Both the position numbers and the translations under genes were made by a program. Positions 57,354-64,000 of a stretch of 64,000 bases of DNA are shown one piece after another. Position 1 is the stretch's first letter. Every line of letters begins with the position of its first letter. The notes beneath the pieces were generated by a model, which was given only the letters and a program-made list of their open reading frames with translations, was not told the DNA's origin and did no database searches. The stretch spans positions 405,015 through 469,014 of the forward strand of contig CAWDSG010000002.1 in assembly GCA_963804975.1 (NCBI GenBank), in the 5' to 3' direction. Origin of the DNA: an uncultured bacterium (GTDB lineage: Bacteria; Patescibacteriota; Minisyncoccia; Phycocordibacterales; GWA1-40-21).

Positions 57354-57839
57354 AACTTTAATTTTATCCAGAGAACCTTTTTCTATATGTTTGAAACAGC
57401 CGGCAAGCTCCTTAAGCCACTTCTTTTTCTTCTCAACAATATCTTTAAAAGTGAATATAAAAATCTTATCAAAACCGTTGTAAGCGGATAAAACCTTTAC
57501 ATCGCCGTTCACATGACAAAGCACCGTGGCTATATCATCCACAGGAATAACAACTCTGGCGCTAATGCCCATATCGTCAAACATATCCTGAACAAGCTCC
57601 TGATTTTCTTCCAAAATATCCCTTGCCAGCTGTTTTTCTTTTAAAGTTTTTGTGACTCTTCCTAAAGGGCCGAATTTCACTTTCCACCCCTTTTTTCTGA
57701 AAGCTTTGTTTATTTTTTCTCCGCCGCCAATCAAAATCACCGTAAAATATTTTTTTGATATTTTTCTTATCTCTCCGATTGCTTTTTTATTCTTTAGCAA
57801 TGAACCGGAAATCTTGATTAGAGCGTTTTGTTTTATCAT
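57342..57839 (-). CDS. Short amino-acid-kinase-fold-like protein
   Basis: LIKISGSL, ILIGGGEKIN, GRVT, VNGD resemble AA-kinase (ArgB/PyrH) motifs. Confidence 0.55.
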   Translation of the reverse strand: MIKQNALIKISGSLLKNKKAIGEIRKISKKYFTVILIGGGEKINKAFRKKGWKVKFGPLGRVTKTLKEKQLARDILEENQELVQDMFDDMGISARVVIPVDDIATVLCHVNGDVKVLSAYNGFDKIFIFTFKDIVEKKKKWLKELAGCFKHIEKGSLDKIKVLGF

Positions 57840-57842
57840 ATG

Positions 57843-57913
57843 CGGGAGATGGAGGAATCGGACCTCCGACAGCGGTTTTGGAGACCGCAGTTATACCACT
57901 TAACTAATCTCCC
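57843..57913 (-). tRNA. tRNA-Trp (CCA)
   Basis: GGGAGAT/ATCTCCC acceptor, GCGGT-CTCCAAA-ACCGC, GGAGG-TCCGATT-CCTCC. Confidence 0.92.
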
Positions 57914-57934
57914 CTATACAAACACTATACCAAA

Positions 57935-58022
57935 AAGGGCGGCATGGCGCAAAAATTTTCTTCGAGAACTGTTTGAGCGAAGCGAGTTTTTGAGAAGATA
58001 ATTTTTATGCCATGCCGCCCTT
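57935..58022. repeat. REP-like element between rpmG and tRNA-Trp
   Basis: GC-rich arms AAGGGCGGCATGGC/GCCATGCCGCCCTT; core CGAGAACTGTTTGAGCGAAGCGAGTTTTTGAG. Confidence 0.88.
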
Positions 58023-58031
58023 ACCCCGTTT

Positions 58032-58190
58032 TTATTTCTTGGCTTCTTTGTGCACTGTCTGTTTTCTGCACCATTTGCAAAATTTCTTAAGCTCTATTTT
58101 GCGCTCAACTTTCTTTTTATTTTTTCTCGTCCAATAATTGATCCTTCTACAATCCTTGCAGGCAAGTTTTATCAGTTGTGGCTGTGGCAT
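58032..58190 (-). CDS. rpmG: 50S ribosomal protein L33 (Zn-binding form)
   Basis: IKLACKDC..INY.T.KN..IELKKFCKWC...T.HKE; start at ATG 58190. Confidence 0.95.
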   Translation of the reverse strand: MPQPQLIKLACKDCRRINYWTRKNKKKVERKIELKKFCKWCRKQTVHKEAKK

Positions 58191-58252
58191 ATATATTAAA
58201 TTAAGTTTTGAGAGTATATCGCAAACCGCCGGAAAATGCAATTGCAGGCGTA

Positions 58253-59932
58253 TTATTTGAGATCCGTAGTACTTGTATCCGGCACAATCGGCCTGACTTT
58301 CCAAAACTTCTCATGGAGCGTATGGACTGTTTCTTCAAATTCGCGGCTCTTCAAAAGCTTGAGGACAATTATAAGTGCGGCTATGCCTAGAATTCCGGCG
58401 CAAAAACCCTGCATAAAAATGCCTCCGGTTTTGTTCAGATTAAAAATATTATTGAACAGATTCAAGCCGAGATATGCCACAAAACCCATGATTACAGAAG
58501 CGGAAAAGGACTGGAAAAGTGTTTTAATAAGCGGAATCGAAAAACCTGAATGTTCCTTTTCAAACCATTTCCAGAGGATAATGCAATTGATGATCTGGGC
58601 GAGAGAAAACCCAAGCGCAAGCATCAGCACTTCGGTTCCGGCAATATCATCAACACGGAAAAGATGTTCTATAAAAAATCTGAAGAAATAAATATTATAA
58701 AATATTTTTATGAATGCGTAAGAAAGCCCGATTGACAAGATTCCTGTAATCAAGCTCGCATACAAAGATTTTTTCGTATTTCCCTTGGCGTAATATCCTC
58801 TGATAAAAATAAGCACCAGCGATTGAGCCATAACGGAAAAAGCGAATATGGCGAGAGATGCGGCGGTAAGCTTGGTGCCGTTCCAGCCAAATTTTCCCGC
58901 TCCGTATATCACTCTTACGATCTGGGCGCGAAGCACAATAAAGATGACGCTGATCGGTATGGACCAAAAAATGGTATGGCGAAGCGCAGCGGAAATATGC
59001 GAGAGAAATTCTTCTTTCAGATTTTTGGTGATGAATCGCGACAATGTGGGAAATGCGGCAAGCGAATAACTCATGCCGATTATTGAGAGCGGAACCCCTT
59101 GAAGATTGCTTGAAAAATTAAAAACCGAAATCGAACCGACAGTCATTAAAGACGCCATGCCGACAAGAGCAAGCATTGTAATCTGAGTCATGGCAAGCGT
59201 AATTGTACGCGGTATTGATGTGAGGAAAACATTTTTTATGATCGGCCAGTCAAAATGAAACGGCCACGCCCTGAAAAATCCGCTTTTGAAGACAAACGGA
59301 AGCTGAATGGAAAGATGCATAATCGTGCCGAGAATAACGCCGTAAGCAAGGCCATAAATGCCAAAAAACGGATAAAAAAACAATGCGCCTATTATAATGC
59401 CGACATTGTAGACAAGAGGACAAAGAGCGTAAACAAGAAATCTTTTTCCGACCTGTGTAATGCTTGCAAGAAAATTCGAGGTTCCCAGAAAAATCGGCGA
59501 TAAAAGCAGGATTCTGGCCATACGTATAAGGGCCGTCTTATCGGCAATTCCCGGAAAAATGTGCGGGGCGAGAAACGGTATTAAAAAGAATGTAATGATG
59601 CTTGCGCCGACAATAAGCAGCGAAAAAAACGAGAAAATCGTATTGATGAAAGATTTCGTCTCTTCGGTTGATTTTTCAAGCCGATTTGTAATGAAAGGCA
59701 CAAGAACCGAAATGGAAACGATTGAGCCGACCGTGGCAAAAATAAAATCCGGAATTTCAAAAGAAGAATAATAAATATCCAGCGTATGGCCGATGCCAAA
59801 AGAAGATGCCAGAACTCTATCCCTCAAAAGCGCAAGCACTTGTGATAAAATAGCGAAAAGGCCTAGAAGATACGCCGCTTCATGAAGGCCTTCTATTTTT
59901 TTATAGAAAATATTGAAAAAATTTTTAACCAT
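58253..59932 (-). CDS. murJ: Lipid II flippase MurJ
   Basis: LALLRD, FG, F.IPD, PLVYN, FPTLS; multi-pass MOP flippase pattern. Confidence 0.88.
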   Translation of the reverse strand: MVKNFFNIFYKKIEGLHEAAYLLGLFAILSQVLALLRDRVLASSFGIGHTLDIYYSSFEIPDFIFATVGSIVSISVLVPFITNRLEKSTEETKSFINTIFSFFSLLIVGASIITFFLIPFLAPHIFPGIADKTALIRMARILLLSPIFLGTSNFLASITQVGKRFLVYALCPLVYNVGIIIGALFFYPFFGIYGLAYGVILGTIMHLSIQLPFVFKSGFFRAWPFHFDWPIIKNVFLTSIPRTITLAMTQITMLALVGMASLMTVGSISVFNFSSNLQGVPLSIIGMSYSLAAFPTLSRFITKNLKEEFLSHISAALRHTIFWSIPISVIFIVLRAQIVRVIYGAGKFGWNGTKLTAASLAIFAFSVMAQSLVLIFIRGYYAKGNTKKSLYASLITGILSIGLSYAFIKIFYNIYFFRFFIEHLFRVDDIAGTEVLMLALGFSLAQIINCIILWKWFEKEHSGFSIPLIKTLFQSFSASVIMGFVAYLGLNLFNNIFNLNKTGGIFMQGFCAGILGIAALIIVLKLLKSREFEETVHTLHEKFWKVRPIVPDTSTTDLK

Positions 59933-59985
59933 GATAAATTCGCTTTTAGTATACAGTATTTTTTATGATATTCAATTCAAAAGAA

Positions 59986-60010
59986 AAGGGCCCGCTTTTC
60001 GCGGGCCCTT
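59986..60010 (-). terminator. Terminator of rnpB
   Basis: AAGGGCCCGC/GCGGGCCCTT stem with a T-run on the minus strand. Confidence 0.85.
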
Positions 60011-60018
60011 CCCATAAA

Positions 60019-60415
60019 CCTTTCTACCTGTAAGCCGAATTCTGTTGATCATATTGCTATGATCAGATAGCCATCTGTCTGGGCCAACGATTGCTCACTG
60101 GCTCAAGCGGCGCTTCCGCACTGAAACGGACACGGCCTTGCATTCAAGTAAGGATTTTGCCGTTGCACTCTTTTAGTCGCCTAAAAGATTTATCCTGTCT
60201 TGCGGCAGGATAGATTTTTTCTTTCGAAAAAATCCGTCACTGTTCTCACCTCTCATATCGCTATGGACGGGCGTTACCCGCTACCTTTCCCAGCACTTTT
60301 ATACTACCAATGATGAATATTTTAATACCGATATAATTCGTAGTATAAAGGTGCTGGGTGAATGTTCGGACTTTCCTCCCCGATTAAAAACCGGAGTAAC
60401 TATCCGATAAAAAGG
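60019..60415 (-). ncRNA. rnpB: RNase P RNA
   Basis: GAGGAAAGTCCG near the 5' end, ACAGAATTCGGCTTA near the 3' end, P1 pairing CCTTTTTATC/GGTAGAAAGG; TTGATT-17-TATAAT promoter. Confidence 0.95.
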
Positions 60416-60452
60416 ATACTTGTATTATATAACAATATATAAATTAAATCAA

Positions 60453-60495
60453 GTAAATAAAAATCCGCGCTTTTTAAGCGCGGATTTTTATTTAC
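60453..60495 (-). terminator. Terminator of the pilin cluster
   Basis: GTAAATAAAAATCCGCGCT/AGCGCGGATTTTTATTTAC. Confidence 0.8.
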
Positions 60496-60507
60496 AAAAT
60501 TTTTCGG

Positions 60508-60810
60508 TTAAATGGTGGCAAGAATGATATTGATGATTCCAATTGCCGAAACCATAATGAATATGCCGATTACTCCCCATATCATATGCTGATAACCCTC
60601 TTTTCTTTTGTCGGGAACATCGGCATTCTGAATGAAAACCATCACGCCCCAGACAAAATAAACAACTGCAAGAGCAAATAAAAGATAAATAACCGGCTTG
60701 ACGATCTGATCCAACACATTCTGATATAACTTACTGAAGGTAATATTGGTATTAGTGCCGCTCGGAACAATAATGGCGGCATATGTTTTTTGGATTATAA
60801 AATCCAGCAT
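60508..60810 (-). CDS. VirB2/TrbC-like pilin
   Basis: Two TM helices joined by a charged loop (W G...F...KEG..HMIWG.IG.FI). Confidence 0.7.
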   Translation of the reverse strand: MLDFIIQKTYAAIIVPSGTNTNITFSKLYQNVLDQIVKPVIYLLFALAVVYFVWGVMVFIQNADVPDKRKEGYQHMIWGVIGIFIMVSAIGIINIILATI

Positions 60811-60816
60811 ATTGTT

Positions 60817-61173
60817 TTATATGGTTGGAATCTGGCTGCCGATATTTTCCTGTACGCCCGATGTGCCGAATGTCGCCTGAAGTATCGCCACAAGTCCCCA
60901 AACTGACACCATTATGAATATGCCGATAATTCCCCAGAGCATGCCTGATTTTGCCGCTTTTTTCTTTTCTTCATTTCCGGACATAACGTAAAGAATAACG
61001 TTCCAAATAAACCAGACTACCGCCAAACCTATAAGCAAAGGCACCAATCTGTTCAGTATCACACCGGCAAAACTAAACAATCCCATAATACCCTGATTTG
61101 GAGCATATCCTTGAGCGAGTGCCACAAGAGGAGAAACTCCAACCGAAGCGCTTGCTAATATTCTTTTCATCAT
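60817..61173 (-). CDS. VirB2/TrbC-like pilin
   Basis: Signal ending ALA-Q, two TMs, KKKAAKSGMLWGIIG. Confidence 0.75.
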   Translation of the reverse strand: MMKRILASASVGVSPLVALAQGYAPNQGIMGLFSFAGVILNRLVPLLIGLAVVWFIWNVILYVMSGNEEKKKAAKSGMLWGIIGIFIMVSVWGLVAILQATFGTSGVQENIGSQIPTI

Positions 61174-61283
61174 AAATAAATTACTTTTAATGAATAAACT
61201 TCGCGACCTTAATTATAATATAAACATTATAAATCTTACAAAAGCAACAATCAAGTGGATAATTACGCCTAAAGATCCGTCAT

Positions 61284-61838
61284 TTATCTTGGCATATTGA
61301 TGCTGCTGGTATTCAATCTAAACGTAGATTGAAGAATATTTACGATTCCCATAACCGAAAAAATGACAAATAGGCCTATAATCCCCCATAAAATAAACTG
61401 TTTTCCCGTATCTTTGTCTTCTTTGCCGCTTGCGCGTATGATTTTGAATATTCCCCAAAGGAAAAAAACAAGAGCAAGGCCGATAATAATGCGAACCACC
61501 AGATAATAGAAGCATCCTACCACAAGGTTCATGATTAAGCTCTTAAAATCCGTTACCGCTCCGGGGTTGCAGCTGAAAGAATTTGTTGTTGCGGAGCCGT
61601 TTACAGCTGAACTAGCTCCGCCGCAAAAAGCCGGGTCGTTTCCGACATAAACATGATTGACGCAGCTTGGATCGTGGCCGTTCGGAAAAACCGCCAGATT
61701 CGGCTCGCAATAACAGCCGGTAGCCGCATAAGAAATACGAGCTCCGGCAAAAAAAGAAACGGAAACACTAAAAGCAACGAGTAGAGATAAAATAAAAACT
61801 GAAATTATTTTTTTATTTTCGATATTTGATCTTTGCAT
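61284..61838 (-). CDS. VirB2/TrbC-like pilin with a Cys-rich N-terminal extension
   Basis: Signal ending SYA-A, CYC..C..C..C..C region, GKQFILWGIIG. Confidence 0.7.
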   Translation of the reverse strand: MQRSNIENKKIISVFILSLLVAFSVSVSFFAGARISYAATGCYCEPNLAVFPNGHDPSCVNHVYVGNDPAFCGGASSAVNGSATTNSFSCNPGAVTDFKSLIMNLVVGCFYYLVVRIIIGLALVFFLWGIFKIIRASGKEDKDTGKQFILWGIIGLFVIFSVMGIVNILQSTFRLNTSSINMPR

Positions 61839-61846
61839 TTTGATTT

Positions 61847-62215
61847 TTACGATTGCAGATTCTTTATCGTGCTGATAATGATCGTTGCGATTATTTTTGC
61901 GCCAAGCAGGATGGCAACGCCAATGCAGGTATTGAAAAAAATATCTTTCGCTTTTTTAAGCCCTTCAGGATTTCCCCGCGCCGCCACAAACTTATATCCG
62001 GAATAAATAAAAGCAACAATCGCGACGACACTTCCCACTTCCAAAACATAACCCAGAATTGTATTCACGAGAGTCGGAACATCGGTAATGTTTTTTAAAG
62101 GATTCTGTATTACTCCGGCCTGCGCAGCGTAAGAAACCGAGGGAATAAAAATTGCCGAAGCGGAAACCAAAAACATAAAAATTGTTATTCTTATTTTTTT
62201 ACAATATTTTTTCAT
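61847..62215 (-). CDS. VirB2/TrbC-like pilin
   Basis: Signal ending SYA-A, IQNPL, YSGYKFVAARGNPE.LKKAK. Confidence 0.8.
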   Translation of the reverse strand: MKKYCKKIRITIFMFLVSASAIFIPSVSYAAQAGVIQNPLKNITDVPTLVNTILGYVLEVGSVVAIVAFIYSGYKFVAARGNPEGLKKAKDIFFNTCIGVAILLGAKIIATIIISTIKNLQS

Positions 62216-62235
62216 TTTTTTAATTTAATTGATAA

Positions 62236-62619
62236 TTAACTTCCTAAAAATCTCAATGCTCCCGTGCTTGAATTTACAAGCGCCGCGATAACCGTATGGA
62301 TAATAAGCCAAGCGCATAGCACGATAAGTATGCCGATAATGGTTTTCTTGAACATCCCGAGAGCTTCTTCTATTTTGACTGTATTGCCGGGATTGAAAAG
62401 CATTTCTCCGCCTGCAATCGCAAAAGTAATGGCTGCCACTGAAACAGATATTCCTAAAAACCAATTGATGATGTTATTTACAAGAGTCGCCAGAGAACTG
62501 AAATCGCAATCGGGACCGTTGCACGGAACAAGCCCGGCTGCAAGAGCGGCCATCGGAACACCAATGAATGCAAAAAATAAAAACGGAAGGATTTTATAAT
62601 AAAGATTGTTATTCTTCAT
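62236..62619 (-). CDS. VirB2/TrbC-like pilin
   Basis: Signal ending ALA-A, GLVPC...C, two TMs, AWLII. Confidence 0.75.
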   Translation of the reverse strand: MKNNNLYYKILPFLFFAFIGVPMAALAAGLVPCNGPDCDFSSLATLVNNIINWFLGISVSVAAITFAIAGGEMLFNPGNTVKIEEALGMFKKTIIGILIVLCAWLIIHTVIAALVNSSTGALRFLGS

Positions 62620-62682
62620 AAAATATTTTTAAACCGATGTTCTCTTTATTTTCTCATATTTCAAGGACATTCTCAACATTAT

Positions 62683-63984
62683 TCACTGGAACAGATTATT
62701 CAATTCGGTATCGGCTTTTTGCACTGAATCGTCAACGCTGAGATTGCCTGTGGTTATATCCCTGATCATTCCTTTAAATATGCTGTTTGTGCCGTCAATA
62801 CTCGGGTCAACCCATCCTTTGGCAATAAGCGCTGAATTATAAAATACGGTTTTTTGCGGATCAGGCGTGCCGGCAGCGATCAGGTCTATCCTTGCCGGCG
62901 CCGCATCATAAACCTGCAAAAATTCGGAAACGCCGTCGGAATCGGCCAAAACGGAAATCAAGTTATACGCGGCAAGATTATTCGGCGAACTTTTCAAAAA
63001 AGCAAAGCCGTACAATTCTCCGAACGTCGTTTTGGCGGTTGCATTCAGCGTTTGCGGCATCATTGTCACGTCAAAATTGAGATTTGGATTTTTATCGGCG
63101 ATATCGGCCGCTTCCGAAGCAAAACCGAAATAAGTGGCGAGATTTCCGGAAAGGAAAAAGTTTTTTGACAGCGGAAGAGAGCTGTTCCACGAATAAACTG
63201 ATTTTTTCGGATTTGAATAATCGGTGAAGAATTGCACGGCCGAAACCGCCGGTATCATTGAGCTGTTTGCCAATTTTTGGTACAAGTTTGATATGAAAGA
63301 ACCGGTTGAACTATCATATGAAACTATCGGGCTTCCCGCCTGCATGATAAGCGCGCTCAAAAACGCTTTTGCGTTATTGATATTGTCGTACTCACCGAAA
63401 GATGCGATACTTTGATTGATATTTCCGTTCTGATCTATTTTGGTAAGCTTTTCTGCAAGCAGTGGAAATTCGGACCAGGCCGCCGGCGGATTTGCTATCA
63501 GCGCATTTGCAAAAATATCTTTGTTCCAGTACATAACCATCGGGTCAACAAAAAATGGGATAGCGAACATTCCGCTTGGCTGAATATAAATTTCCGCCTC
63601 TTGGATATAAGTGTCCAAAAATGTCCTTTGCGGAATTGAAGTGATAAAGGCAACCTTATCCAAATATCGGTCCATTAGCTCCTGCGGTATGAGTATGACA
63701 TCCGGCCCTTTGCCTGTGGCAATCGCTTCCACAAGATCGCTATCTATTGTAGAAATATTTTTTTCTACATAAGTAAGCTTGAATTGCAGATTCTTGTCCT
63801 GCTCGTATTTTGAAATAAAATTATCAAAAGTGGTTTTGGCCACCGTGCCCCAGATGGAAACATTCACCTGGCTGTTCGCGGAATTATTTGACCTGAACAA
63901 GGAAAACGAAAGGAGCCCGACAACGATAAAAAAACCGAATACCGACAAAAGAACCATTTTGAATTTATTGCTGCCTTTTTCCAT
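62683..63984 (-). CDS. Membrane-anchored extracellular solute-binding protein (sugar-binding family 1-like)
   Basis: N-terminal TM, IWG, G.GPDV, IPFFVDPMVMYWNKDIF, PP..W.E. Confidence 0.82.
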   Translation of the reverse strand: MEKGSNKFKMVLLSVFGFFIVVGLLSFSLFRSNNSANSQVNVSIWGTVAKTTFDNFISKYEQDKNLQFKLTYVEKNISTIDSDLVEAIATGKGPDVILIPQELMDRYLDKVAFITSIPQRTFLDTYIQEAEIYIQPSGMFAIPFFVDPMVMYWNKDIFANALIANPPAAWSEFPLLAEKLTKIDQNGNINQSIASFGEYDNINNAKAFLSALIMQAGSPIVSYDSSTGSFISNLYQKLANSSMIPAVSAVQFFTDYSNPKKSVYSWNSSLPLSKNFFLSGNLATYFGFASEAADIADKNPNLNFDVTMMPQTLNATAKTTFGELYGFAFLKSSPNNLAAYNLISVLADSDGVSEFLQVYDAAPARIDLIAAGTPDPQKTVFYNSALIAKGWVDPSIDGTNSIFKGMIRDITTGNLSVDDSVQKADTELNNLFQ

Positions 63985-64000
63985 GATTGATTTTTAATGA

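Noticed and set aside
1-64000. CRISPR array, transposase, integrase, prophage or recoded stop codons
   Set aside because: No regularly spaced repeats or such ORFs were seen. TGA ends genes normally and core genes are uninterrupted in code 11.

Overview
A 64-kb stretch of core chromosome from a small-genome, AT-rich bacterium. Gene content and order point to Patescibacteria/CPR, most likely Parcubacteria (inference): two mreB paralogs, a mraZ-rsmH-ftsL-ftsI-murF block, an array of VirB2/TrbC-like pilins and a sigma4/HARE-HTH fusion. The standard code is used (TGA stops, tRNA-Trp CCA). The window holds five aminoacyl-tRNA synthetases, cell-wall and division genes, DNA metabolism genes (priA, dprA, topA, parB, rmuC, holB), three tRNAs and RNase P RNA. 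A compact catabolic cluster reads GH130 mannoside phosphorylases > phosphomannomutase > mannose-6-P isomerase > phosphoketolase > acetate kinase. The most unusual signals lie below gene level. (1) A family of 15-21-bp GC-rich palindromes is inserted in frame in seven housekeeping genes, read in different frames, with one apparently nested. (2) Two 114-bp homologous elements with terminal inverted repeats each end exactly at a start codon (greA, mrdA). (3) Intergenic elements share a GCGAAGC-containing core inside locus-specific long inverted arms. (4) Two unassigned structured RNAs have their own promoter and terminator, one with a tRNA-like T-arm. (5) A tRNA-Glu-like gene is interrupted by a structured insert. 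(6) Housekeeping genes look leaderless, whereas orphan genes carry Shine-Dalgarno and boxA-like leaders. No transposase, integrase or CRISPR array was seen. All calls are by eye; no searches were run.
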